64,000 nucleotides of DNA from the human T2T-CHM13v2.0 reference genome, Homo sapiens. The stretch lies in assembly GCF_009914755.1 (NCBI RefSeq), contig NC_060933.1. The stretch is one strand, 5' to 3'. The translations under genes and the position numbers were made by a program. The notes beneath the pieces are model-generated. The model made no database searches. It was not told the DNA's origin and saw only the letters and a program-made list of their open reading frames with translations. Each line of letters opens with the position of its first letter. Within the stretch, counting starts at the first letter, position 1. Positions 1-13,659 of this stretch are shown here, piece after piece.

Positions 1-550
1 GAATGGAATGGAATGGAATGAAATGCAATGGATTCAACTCGATTGCAATGGAATGGAATAGAATGGAATGGAATGGAATGGAATGGGAATAACCCGAATA
101 GAATGGAATGGAATGGAATGCAACGGAATGCAACGGAATGGAATGGAATGGAATGGAATGGAATGGAATGGAATGGAATGGAATGGAATGGTATGGATTG
201 GAATGGAATGGTACGGAATAGAATGGAATGGAACGAATTGTAATGGAATGGAATTGAATGGAATGGAATGGAATGGAATGGAATCAACTCGAGTGCAGGG
301 GAATGTAATGGAACGGAATGCAATGGAATGGAATCATCCTGAATGGAATGGAATGGAATGGAATGGAATGGAATGGAATCAACCCGAGTGCAATGGAATG
401 GAGTGGAATGGAATGGAATGGAATAGAACAACCCGAATGGAATGGAATGTAATGGAGAGTAAGGGAGTTGAATAGAATCAATCCGAATGTAATGGAATGG
501 AATGGAACGGAATGGAACGCAATGGAATGGAATGGAATGCAATGGAATGG

Positions 551-580
551 AATCAACCCGAGTGCAATCGAATGGAATCG
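551..580 (+). repeat. pHuR98-like satellite III signature AATCAACCCGAGTGCAATCGAATGGAATCG (representative copy)
   Basis: Motif read directly; it recurs near 2.8, 8.2, 11.6, 15.5, 20.1, 23.0, 28.0, 34.2, 35.9, 37.0 and 50.9 kb. From memory it matches the chromosome 9 SatIII clone/primer sequence; not verified. Confidence 0.55.
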
Positions 581-3219
581 AATTGAATGGAATGCAATGG
601 AATGGATTCAACTTGAATGGAATGGAAAGAATGGAATCAACACGAGTGGAAGGACATGGATTGGAATGCAATGGAATGGAAACAACCCGAGTACAGGGGA
701 ATGGAATGGAATGGAATGCAATGGAATGGAATCATCCGTAATGGAATGGAAAGGAATGGAATGGAATGGAATGGAATGGAATGGAATGGAATGGAATGGA
801 ATCAACACGATTGCAATCGAATGGAATGGAATGGAATTAACCCGAATAGAATGGAATGGAATGGAATGGAACGGTACGGAATGGAATGGAATGGAATGGA
901 ATGGAATGGAACGGAACGGAATGGAATGGAATGGAATGGAATGGAATGGAAAGGAATGGATTCTTCCGGAATGGAATAGAATGGAATGCAATGGATTCAA
1001 CTCGATTGCAATGGAATAGAATAGAATGGAATGGAATGGAATGGAATGGAATTAACCCGAATAAAATGGAATGGAATGGAATGGAACGGAACGGAACGGA
1101 ACGGAACGGAATGGAATGGAATGGAATGGAATGGAATGGAATGGAATGGTATGGAATGGAATGGAATGGTACGGAATAGAATGGAATGGAAAGAATTGGA
1201 ATGGAATGGAATCCAATGGAATGGAATGGAATGGAATGGAATTAACCCGAATAGAATGGAATGGAATGGAATGGAACGGAACGGAATGGAATGGAATGGA
1301 ATGGAATGGAATGGAATGGAATGGAATGGAACGGAACGGAATGGAATGGAATGGAATGGAATGGAATCTTACGGAATGGAATGGAATGGAATGGAATGGA
1401 ATGAAATGCAATGGATTCAAGTCAATTGCAATGGAATGGAATAGAATGGAATGGAATGGAATGGAATTAATCCGAATAGAATGGAATGGAATGGAATGGA
1501 ACGGAATGGAACGGAATGGAATGGAATGGAATGGAATGGAATGGTATGGAATGGAATGGAATGGTACGGATTAGAATGGAATGAAACGAATTGTAATGGA
1601 ATGGAATTGAATGGAATGGAATGGAATGGAATGGAATCAACGCGAGTGCAGGGGAATGTAATGGAACGGAATGTAATGGAATGGAATCATCCGGAATGGA
1701 ATGGAAAGGAATGGAATGCAATCAACCTGATGCAATGGAATGGAGTGGAATGTAATGGAATGGAATGGAAACATCCCGAATGGAATGGAATGGAATGGAG
1801 TGTAAGGGAATTGAATAGAATCAATCCGAATGTAATGGAATGGAATGGAATGAAATGGAATGGAATGGAATGGAATAGAATGGAATCAACCCGAGTGCAA
1901 TGGAATGGATTCGAATGGAATGGAATGGAATGGAATGGATTCAACAAGAATGGAATGGAAAGGAATGGAATCAACCCGAGTGTAATGGAATGGAATGGAA
2001 CGGAATGGAATGGGATGGAATGGAATGGTACGGAATAGAATGGAATGGAATGAAATGGAATGGAATGGAATGGAATGGAATGAACCCGTGAGCAATGGAA
2101 TGGAATGGAATGGAATGGATTGAACTCGAATGGAATCAACTCGATTGCAATGGAATGGAATGGAATGGAAAGGAATAGAATGGAATCAACCCGAGTGAAA
2201 TGAAATGGAAAGACTGGAATGGAGTGGAATGGAATGGAATGGAATTAACCCGAATAGAATGGAATGGAACGGAATGGAACGGAATGTAATGTAATGGAAT
2301 GGAATGGAATCAACCCGAGTGCAGGGGAATGGAATGGAATGGAATGCAATGGAATGGAATCATCCAGAATGGAATGGAATGGAATGGAATGGGATGGAAT
2401 CAACTCGATTTCAATGGAATGGAATGGAATAGAATGGAATGTAATTAACAAGAATAGAATGGAATGGAATGGAATAGAATGGAACAGAAAGGAATGGAAT
2501 GGAATGGAATGGAATCAACCCAAGTGCAGGGGAATGGAATGGAATGGAATTCCATGGAATGGAATCATCCGAAATGGAATGGAATGGAATGGAATGGAAT
2601 GGAATCAACCCGAGTGCAATGGAATGGAGAGGAATGGAATGGAATGGAATGGAAACTACCCGAATGGAATGGAATGTAATGGAGTGTAAGGGAATTGAAT
2701 AGAATGAATCCGAATGGAATGGAATGGAATGGAATGGAATGGAATGGAATGGAATGGAATGGAATGCAATGCCATGGAATCAACCCGAGTGCAATCGAAT
2801 GGAATCGAATGGAATGGAATGCAATGGAATGGATTCAACTTGAATGGAATGGAAAGAATGGAATCAACACGAGTGGAATGGCATGGATTGGAATGGAATG
2901 GAATGGAATCAACCCGAGTACAGGGGAATGGAATGGAATGGAATGCAATGGAATGGAATCATCCGTAATGGAATAGAAAGGAATGGAATGGAATGGAATC
3001 GAATGGAATGGAATGGAATGGAGTCAACTCGATTGCAATCGAATGCAATGGAATGGAATTAACCCAAATAGAATGGAATGGAATGGAATGGAATGGAACG
3101 GAACGGAATGGAATGGAATGGAATGGAATGGAACGGAACGGAACGGAATGGAATGGAATGGAATGGAATGGAATCAACGCGAGTGCAGGGGAATGGAATG
3201 GAATGAAATGCAATGGAAT

Positions 3220-3234
3220 GGAATCTTCCGGAAT
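3220..3234. promoter_or_regulatory. Canonical three-unit heat-shock element (nGAAn-nTTCn-nGAAn); first of about 35 copies
   Basis: gGAAt-cTTCc-gGAAt is an exact match to the HSF1 trimer consensus. The sequence match is certain; occupancy is inferred. Confidence 0.55.
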
Positions 3235-4439
3235 GGAATGGAATGGAATGGAATTGAATGGAATGAAATGCAATGGATTCAACTCGATTGCAATGGAATG
3301 GAACAGAATGGAATGGAATGGAATGGAATGGAATTAACCCGAATAGAATGGAATGGAATGCAATGGAACGGAATGGAATGGAATGGAATGGAATGGAATG
3401 GAATGGAATGGAATGGAATGGTATGGAATGGAATGGAATGGTACGGAATAGAATGGAATGGAACGAATTGTAATGGAATGGAATTGAATGGAATGGAATG
3501 GAATAAACGCGAGTGCAGGGGAATGTAATGGAACGGAATGCAATGGAATGGAATCATCCGGAATGGAATGGAATGGAATGGAATGGAATGGAATCAACCC
3601 GAGTGCAATGGAATGGAGTGGAATGGAATGGAATGTAGTGGAAAACACGAATGGAATGGAATGGAATGGAGAGTAAGGGAGTTGAATAGAATCAATCTGA
3701 ATGTAATGGAATGCAACGGAATGGAATGGAATGGAATGGAATGGAATGCAATGGAATGGAATCAACCCGAGTACAATGGAATGGAATGGAATGGAATGGA
3801 ATGGAATGCCTTCAAACCGAATGGAATGGAAAGGAATGGAATCAACACGAGTGGAATGGAATGGAATGGAATGATACGGAACAGAATGGAATGGAACGAA
3901 ATGGAATGGAATGGAATGGAATGGAATGGAATGGAAAGGAATGGAATCGTTCCGAGTGGAGTAGGAGGGAATGTATTCGAGTGGAATGGAAAGGAATGGA
4001 ATCAACCAGAGTGGAATGGAAGGGAATGGAATGGAATGGAAACTAATAGAATGGAATCAACCCGAGTGGAATGGAATGGAAAGGACTGGAATGGAATGGA
4101 ATGGAATGGAATCAACTCGATTGTAATGGAATGGAATGGAATGGAATGGAATGGAATGGAATTAACCCGAATACAATGGAATGGAATGGAATGGAACGGA
4201 ATGGAGTGGAATGGAATGGAATCAACCCAAGTGCAGGGGAATGGAATGGAATGGAAAGCAATGAAATGGAATAATCCAGAATGGAATGGAATGGAATGGA
4301 ATGCAAAGCAATGGAATCAACTCGATTGCAATGGAATGGAATGGAATGGAAAGGAATACATTGGAATCAACCCGAGTGGAATGGAATGGAAAGGACTGGA
4401 ATGGAGTGGAATGGAATGGAATGGAATGGAATGGAATGC

Positions 4440-5690
4440 AATGGAATGGAATCATCCGGAATGGAATGGAATGGAATGGAATGCAATCAACCTGATGCAA
4501 TGGAATGGAGTGGAATGGAATGGAATGGAATGGAAACATCCCGAATGGAATGGAATGTAATGGACTGTAAGGGAATTGAATAGAATCAATCCGAATGTAA
4601 TGGAATGGAATGGAATGAAATGGAATGGAATGGAATGGAATGGAATCAACCCGAGTGCAATGGAATGGATTCGAATGGAATGGAATGGAATGGAATGGAA
4701 TCAACTCGATTGGAATGGAATGGAATGGATTGGAATGGAATGGAATGGAATTAACCCGAATAGAATGGAATGGAATGGAATTGAACGGAATGGAATGGAA
4801 TGGAATGGAATGGAATGGAATCAACCCGACTGCAGGGGAATGGAATGGAATGGAATGGAATGGAATGGAATGGAATCATCCGGAACAGAATGGACTGGAA
4901 AGGAATGGAATCAACTCGATTGCAATGGAATGGAATGGAATGGAATTTAATCCAATGGAATGGAATGGAATTAACCGGAATAGAATGGAATGGAATGGAA
5001 TGGAACGGAATGGAATGGAATGGAATGGAATGGAATCAACCCGAGTGCAGGGGAATGGAATGGAATGGAATGCAATGGAATGGAATCATCCGCAATGGAA
5101 TGGAATGGAATGGAATGCAATCAACCTGATGCAATGGAATGGAGTGGAATGGAATGGAATGGAATGGAAACATCCCGAATGGAATGGAATGTAATGGAGT
5201 GTAAGGGAATTGAATAGAATCAATCCGAATGTAATGGAATGGAATGGAATGAAATGGAATGGAATGGAATGGAATGGAATCAACCCGAGTGCAATGGAAT
5301 GGATTCGAATGGAATGGAATGGAATGGAATGGATTCAACAAGAATGGAATGGAAAGGAATGGAATCAACCCGAGTGTAATGGCATGGAATGGAACGGAAT
5401 GGAATGGGATGGAATGGAATGGTATGGAATAGAATGGAATAGAATGAAATGGAATGGAATGGAATGGAATGGAATGGAATGAACCCGTGTGCAATGGAAT
5501 GGAATGGAATGGAATGGAATGGATTCAACTCGAATGGAATCAACTCGATTGCAATGGAATGGAATGGAATTGAAAGGAATAGAATGGAATCAACACGAGT
5601 GGAATGGAATGGAAAGGACTGGAATGGAGTGGAATGGAATGGAATGGAATTAACACGAATAGAATGAAATGGAACGGAATGGAATGGAAT
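4440..5690 (+). repeat. Satellite block paralogous to ~61910-63100; contains an internal 634-bp duplication
   Basis: Rare markers CAACCTGAT (4488, 5122), AAACATCCCG, GGATTCGAAT, GGAATTTAATC, TTCAACAAGA and GAACCCGTGTGC occur in the same order in both copies. Confidence 0.8.
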
Positions 5691-8600
5691 GTAATGGAAT
5701 GGAATGGAATGGAATCAACCCGAGTTCAGGGGAATGGAATGGAATGGAATGCAATGGAATGGAATCATCCGGAATGGAATGGAATGGAATGGAATGGAAT
5801 GGAATGGAATGGAATGGAATGGCATCAACTCGATTTCAATGGAATGGAATGGAATAGAATGGAATGGAATTAACACGAATAGAATGGAATGGAATGGAAT
5901 TGAATTGAACAGAAAGGAATGGAATAGAATGGAATGGAATCAACCCAAGTGCAGGGGAATGGAATGGAATGGAATTCAATGGAATGGAATCATCCGGAAT
6001 GGAATGGAATGGAATGGAATGGAATGGAATCAACGCGAGTGCTGGGGAATGGAATGGAATGGAATGCAATGGAATGGAATCTTCCGGAATGGAATGGAAT
6101 GGAATGGAATGAAATGCAATGGATTCAACTCGATTGCAATGGAATGGAATAGAATGGAATGGAATGGAATGGAATGGAATTAATTCGAATAGAATGGAAT
6201 GGAATGGAATGGAACGGAATGGAACGGAATGGAATGGAGTGGAATGGAATGGAATGGTATGGAATGGAATGGAATGGTACGGAATAGAATGGAATGGAAC
6301 GAATTGTAATGGAATGGAATTGAATGGAATGGAATGGAATGGAATGGAATCAACGCGAGTGCAGGGGAATGTAATGGAACGGAAGGCAAAGGAATGGAAT
6401 CATACGGAATGGAATGGAATGGAATGGAATGGAATGGAATGGAATCAACCCGAGTGCAATGGAATGGTGTGGAATGGAATGGAATGGAATGGAACAACCC
6501 GAATGGAATGGAATGTAATGGAGACTAAGGGAGTTGAATAGAATCAATCCGAATGTAATGGAATGGAAAGCAACGGAATGGAATGGAATGGAATGGAATG
6601 GAATGGAATGCAATGGAATTGAATCAACCCGAGTACAATGGAATGGAATGGAACGGAATGGAATGGAATGGAATGGAATGGAATGAAATGATACGGAATA
6701 GAATGGAATGGAACGAAATGAATGGAATGGAATGGAATGGAATGGAATCGTTCCGAGTGGAATAGGAGGGAATGTATTCGAGTGGAATGGAAAGGAATGG
6801 AATCAACCAGAGTGGAATGGAAGGGAATGGAATGGAATGGAAACTAATAGAATGGAATCAACCCGAGAGGAATGGAATGGAAAGGACTGGAATGGAATGG
6901 AATGGAATGGAATCAACTCGATTGTAATGGAATGGAATGGAATGGAATGGAATGGAATGGAATGGAATTAACCTGAATACAATGCAATGGAATGGAATGG
7001 AACGGAATGGAGTGGAATGGAATGGAATCAACCCGAGTGCAGGGGAATGGAATGGAATGGAATGCAATGGAATGGAATCATCCGGAATGGAATGGAATGG
7101 AATGGAATGCAAAGCAATGGAATCAACTCGATTGCAATGGAATGGAATGGAATGGAAAGGAATACATTGGGATCAACCCGAGTGGAATGGAATGGAAAGG
7201 ACTGGAATGGAGCGGAATGGAATGGAACGGAATGGAATGGAATCAACTCGATTGGAATGGAATGGAATGGAATGGAATGGAATGGAATGGAATGGAATTA
7301 ACCCGAATAGAATGGAATGGAATGGAATGGAACGGAACGGAACGGAATGGAATGGAATGGAAACAACCCGACTGCAGGGGAATGGAATGGAATGGAATGC
7401 AATGGAATGGATTCAACTTGAATGGAATGGAAAGAATGGAATCAACACGAGTGGAATGGCATGGATTGGAATGGAATGGAATGGAATGAACCGGAGTACA
7501 GGGGAATGGAATGGAATGGAATGCAATGGAATGGAATCATCCGTAATGGAATGGAAAGGAATGGAATGGAATGGAATGGAATGGAATGGAATGGAATGGA
7601 ATGGAATCAACTCGATTGCAACCGAATGGAATGGAATGGAATTAACCCGAATAGAATGGAATGGAATGGAATGGAACGGAACGGAACGGAACGGAATGGA
7701 ATGGAATGGAATGGAATGGAATGGAATGGAACGGAAAGGAATGGAATGGAAAGGAATGGAATGGAATGGAATGGAATGGAATGGAATGCAATCAACGCGA
7801 GTGCAGGGGTATGGAATGGAATGGAATGCAATGGAATGGAATCTTCCGGAATGGAATGGAATGGAATGGAATGGAATAAACCCGAGTGCAATGGAATGGA
7901 GTGGAATGGAATGGAATGGAATGGAACAACCCGAATGGAATGGAATGTAATCGAGAGTAAGGGAGTTGAATAGAGTCAATCCGAATGTAATGGAATGGAA
8001 TGGAAGGGAATGGAATGGAATGGAATGGAATGGAATGCAATGGAATGGAATCAACCCGAGTTCAATGGAATGGAGAAGAATGGAATGGAATGGAATGGAA
8101 ACTACCCGAATGGAATGGAATGTAATGGAGTGTAAGGGAATTGAATAGAATCAATCCGAATGTAATGGAATGGAATGGAACGGAATGGAATGAAATGGAA
8201 TGGAATGGAATGGAATGGAATGCAATGGAATGGAATCAACCCGAGTGCAATCGAATGGAATCGAATGGAAAGGAATGCAATGGAATGGATTCAACTTGAA
8301 TGGAATGGAAAGAATGGAATCAACACGAGTGGAATGGCATGGATTGGAATGGAATGGAATGGAATCAACCCGAGTATAGGGGAATGGAATGGAATGGAAT
8401 GCAATGGAATGGAATCATCCGTAATGGAATGGAAAGGAATGGAATGGAATGGAATGGAATGGAATGGAATGGAATGGAATCAACTCGATTGCAATCGAAT
8501 GGAATGGAATGGAATTAACCCGAATAGAATGGAATGGAATGGAATGGAACGGAACGGAACGGAACGGAGTGGAATGGAATGGAATGGAATTGTATGGAAT

Positions 8601-11600
8601 GGAATGGCATGGTACGGAATAGATTGGAATGGAAAGAATTGGAATGGAATGGAATGGAATGGAATGGAATGGAATGGAATCAAGCCGAGTGCAGGGGAAT
8701 GTAATGGAACGGAATGCAATGGAATGGAATCATCCGGAATGGAATGGAATGGAATGGAATGGAACGGAACGGAACGGAATGGAATGAAATGGAATGGAAT
8801 GGAATGGAACGGAAAGGAAGGGAATGGAATGGAATAGAATGGAATGGAATGGAATCAACGCGAGTGCAGGGTAATGGAATGGAATGGAATACAATGGAAT
8901 GGAATCTTCCGGAATGGAATGGAATGGAATGGAATGGAATGGAATGGAATGGAATCAAACCGAGCACAATGGAATGGAGGGGAATGGAATGGAATGGAAT
9001 GGAACAACCCGAATGGAATGGAATATAATGGAGAGTAAGGGAGTTGAATAGAATCAATCCGAATGTAATGGAATGGAACGGAATGGAATGGAATGGAATG
9101 GAATGGAATGGAATGCAATGGAATGGAATCAACCCGAGTACAATGGAACGGAATGGAATGGAATGTAATGTAATCGAATGGAATGGAATGGAATGGAATG
9201 GAATCAACCCGAGTGCAATGGAATGGAGAGGAATGGAATGGAATGGAATGGAAACTACCCGAATGGAATGGAATGTAATGGAGTGTAAGGGAATTGAATA
9301 GAATCAATCCGAATGGAATGGAATGGAATGGAACGGAATGTAATGTAATGGAATGGAATGGAATCAACCCGAGTGCAGGGGAATGGAATGGAATGGAATG
9401 CAATGGAATGGATTCAACTTGAATGGAATGGAAAGAATGGAATGGAATGGAATGGAATGGAATGGAATGGAATGGAATCAACTCGATTGCAGTCGAATGG
9501 AATGGAATGGAATTAACCCGAATAGAATGGAATGGAATGGAATGGAACGGAACGGAACGGAACGGAATGGATTGGAATGGAATGGAATGGAACGGAAAGG
9601 AATGGAATGGAATGCAATGGAATGGAATGGAATGGAATGGAATGGAATGGAATGGAATCAACGCGAGTGCAGGGGAATGGAATGGAATGGAATGCAATGG
9701 AATGGAATCATCTGGAATGGAATGGAATGGAATGGAATGGAATGGAATGGAATGGAATCAACCCGAGTGCAATGGAATGGAGTGGAATGGAATGGAATGG
9801 AATGGAACAACCCGAATGGAGTGGAATGTAATGGAGAGTAAGGGAGTTGAATAGAATCAATCCGAATGTAATGGAATGGAATGCAACGGAATAGAATGGA
9901 ATGGAATGCAATGGAATGCAATCAACCCGTGTACAATGGAATGGAATGGAATGGAATGGAATGGAATGGAATGGAATGGAATGCCTTCAAATCGAATGGA
10001 ATGGAAATGAATGGAATCAACACGATTGGAATGGAATGGAATGGAATGGAATGATACGGAATAGAATGGAATGGAACGAAATGGAATGGAATGGAATGGA
10101 ATGGAATGGAAAGGATTGGAATCGTTCCGAGTGGAATAGGAGGGAATGTATTCGAGTGGAATGGAAAGGAATGGAATCAACCAGAGTGGAATGGAAGGGA
10201 ATGGAATGGAATGGAAACTAATAGAATGGAATCACCCCGAGTGGAATGGAATGGAAAGGACTGGAATGGAATGGCATGGAATGGAATGGAATGGAATCAA
10301 CTCGATTGTAAAGGAATTTAATGGAATGGAATGGAATGGAAAGGAATGGAATGGAATTAACACGAATACAATGGAATGGAATGGAATGGAACGGAATGGA
10401 GTGGAATGGAATGGAATCAACCCGAGTGCAGGGGAATGGAATGGAATGGAATGCAATGGAATAGAATCATCCGGAATGGAATGGAATGGAATGGAATGCA
10501 AAGCAATGGAATCAACTCGATTGCAATGGAATGGAATGGAATGGAAAGGAATACATTGGAATCAACCCGAGTGGAATGGAATGGAAAGGACTGGAATGGA
10601 GTGGAATGGAATGGAATGGAATGGAATGGAATCAACTCGATTGGAATGGAATGGAATGGAATGGAATGGAATGGAATGGAATTAACCCGAATAGAATGGA
10701 ATGGAATGGAATGGAACGGAACGGAACGGAACGGAACGGAATGGAATGGAATGGAATGGAATGGAATGGAATCAACCCGACTGCAGGGGAATGGAATGGA
10801 ATGGAATGCAATGGAATGGATTCAACTTGAATGGAATGGAAAGAATGGAATGAACACGAGTGGAATGGCATGGATTGGAATGGAATGGAATGGAATGAAC
10901 CCGAGTACAGGGGAATGGAATGGAATGGAATGCAATGGAATGGAATCATCCGTTATGGAATGGAAAGGAATGGAATGGAATGGAATGGAATTGAATGGAA
11001 TGGAATGGAATGGAATCAACTCGATTGCAATCGAATGGAATGGAATGGAATTAACCCGAATAGAATGGAATGGAATGGAATGGAACGGAACGGAACGGAA
11101 TGGAATGGAATGGAATGGAATGGAATGGAATGCAATGGAATGGAACGGAAAGGAATGGAATGGAATGGAATGGAATGGAATGGAATCAACGCGAGTGCAG
11201 GGGAATGGAATGGAATGGAATGCAATGGAATGGAATCTTCCGGAATGGAATGGAATGGAAGGGAATGGAATGGAATAAACCCGAGTGCAATGGAATGGAG
11301 TGGAATGGAATGGAATGGAATGGAACAGCCCGAATGGAATGGAATGTAATGGAGAGTAAGGGAGTTGAATAGAATCAATCAGAATGTAATGGAATGGAAT
11401 GAAACGGAATGGAATTGAATGGAATGGAATGGAATGCAATGGAATGGAATCAACCCGAGTGCAATGGAAAGGAGAGGAATGGAATGGAATGTAATGGAAA
11501 CTACCCGAATGGAATGGAATGTAATGGAGTGTAAGGGAATTGAATAGAATCAATCCGAATGGAATGGAATGGAATGGAACGGAATTGAAGGGAATGGAAT

Positions 11601-12329
11601 GCAATGGAATGGAATCAACCCGAGTGCAATCGAATGGAATCGAATGGAATGGAATGCAATGGAATGGATTCAACTTGAATGGAATGGAAAGAATGGAATG
11701 TACACGAGTGGTAGGGCATGGATTGGAATGCAATGGAATGGAATCAACCCGAGTACAGGGGAATGGAATGGAATGGAATGCAATGGAATGGAATCATCCG
11801 TAATGGAATGGAAAGGAATGGAATGGGATGGAATGGAATGGAATGGAATGGAATGGAATCAACACGATTGCAATCGAATGGAATGGAATGGAATTAACCC
11901 GAATAGAATGGAATGGAATGGAATGGAACGGAACGGAATGGAATGGAATAGAATCAACCCGAGTGCAGGGGAATGGAATGGAATGGAATACAATGGAATG
12001 GAATCATCCGGAATGGAATGGAATGGAATGGAATGCAAAGCAATGGAATCAACTCGATTGCAATGGAATGCAATGGAGTGGAAAGGAATACATTGGAATC
12101 AACCCGAGTGGAATGGAATGGAAAGGACTGGAATGGAGTGGGATGGAATGGAATGGAATGGAATGGAATCAACTCGATTGGAATGGAATGGAATGGAATG
12201 GAATGGAATGGAATTAACCCGAATAGAATGGAATGGAATGGAATGGAACGGAACGGAACGGAACGGAATGGAATGGAATGGAATGGAATGGAATGGAATG
12301 GAATCAACCCGACTGCAGGGGAATGGAAT

Positions 12330-13595
12330 GGAATGGAATGCAATGGAATGGATTCAACTTGAATGGAATGGAAAGAATGGAATGGAATGGAATGTAATGG
12401 AATGGAATGGAATGGAATCAACTCGATTGCAGTCGAATGGAATGGAATGGAATTAACCCGAATAGAATGGAATGGAATGGAATGGAATGGAACGGAACGG
12501 AACGGAACCGAATAGAATGGAATGGAATGGAATGGAACGGAAAGGAATGGAATGGAATGGAATGGAAAGGAATGGAATGGAATCAATGCGAGTGCAGGGG
12601 AAAGGAATGGAATGGAATGCAATGGAATGGAATCTTCCGGAATGGAATGGAATGGAATGGAATGGAATGGAATGGAATGGAATGGAATAAACCCGAGTGC
12701 AATGGAATGGAGTGGAATGGAATGGAATGGAATGGAACAACCCGAATGGAATGGAATGTAATGGAGGGTAAGGGAGTTGAATAGAATCAATCCGAATGTA
12801 ATGGAATGGAATGGAACGGAATGGAATTGAATGGAATGGAATGGAATGCAATGGAATGGAATCAACCCAAGTGCAATGGAATGGAGAGGAATGGAATGGA
12901 ATGGAGTGGAAAGTACCCGAATGGAATGGAATGCAATGGAATGGAATCAACCCGAGTGCAATGGAATGGAGAGGAATGGAATGGAATGGAGTGGAAACTA
13001 CCCGAATGGAATGGAATGCAATGGAATGGAATCAACCCAAGTGCAATGGAATGGAGAGGAATGGAATGGAATGGAGTGGAAAGTACCCGAATGGAATGGA
13101 ATGCAATGGAATGGAATCAACCCGAGTGCAATGGAATGGAGAGGAATGGAATGGAATGGAGTGGAAACTACCCGAATGGAATGGAATGCAATGGAATGGA
13201 ATCAACCCGAGTGCAATGGAATGGAGAGAAATGGAATGGAATGGAGTGGAAACTACCCGAATGGAATGGAATGCAATGCAATGGAGTGTAAGGGAATTGA
13301 ATAGAATCAATCCGAATGTAATGGAAAGGAATGGAACGGAATGGAGTGGAATGGAATGGAATGGAATGCAATGGAATGGAACCAACCCGAGTGCAATCGA
13401 ATGGAATCGATTGGAATGGAATGCAATGGAATGGAATCAACTCGATTGCAATCGAATGGAATGGAATGGAATTAACCCGAATAGAATGGAATGGAATGGA
13501 ATGGAAAGGAACGGAATGGAATGGAATGGAATGGAATGGAATGGAATGGAATGGAACGGAACGGAATGGAATGGAATGGAATGGAATGGAATCAA
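12330..13595 (+). repeat. ~1.26-kb duplicated block X, copy 1 (copy 2 at ~15500-16765)
   Basis: Shared private variants GCAGTCG, GGAACCGAATAG, CAATGCGAG, GGAGGGTAAGG and ACCAACCCG; matching ORFs are offset by 3170-3175. Confidence 0.88.
12848..13272 (+). repeat. Five tandem 85-bp units (A-B-A-B-B') nested in the satellite
   Basis: ATCAACCC at 12861, 12946, 13031, 13116 and 13201. A = CCCAAG...AAGTACCCG; B = CCCGAG...AACTACCCG. Confidence 0.92.
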
Positions 13596-13659
13596 CCCGA
13601 CTTCAGGGCAATGGAATGGAATGGAATGCAATGGAATGGATTCAACTTGAATGGAATGG

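Noticed and set aside
455-490. GAGAGTAAGGGAG resembling a splice donor and TGAATAGAATCAATC resembling a homeodomain/DUX4 site
   Set aside because: Only partial matches, with no transcript or binding evidence available from sequence.
6749-6790. AGGAGG Shine-Dalgarno-like sequence before ATG in the CGTTCCGAG module
   Set aside because: A chance product of a G/A-rich eukaryotic satellite; the downstream frames are repeat translations.
12848-13272. CRISPR-like regular repeat array
   Set aside because: The units are near-identical along their whole length, with no unique spacers, leader or cas genes.
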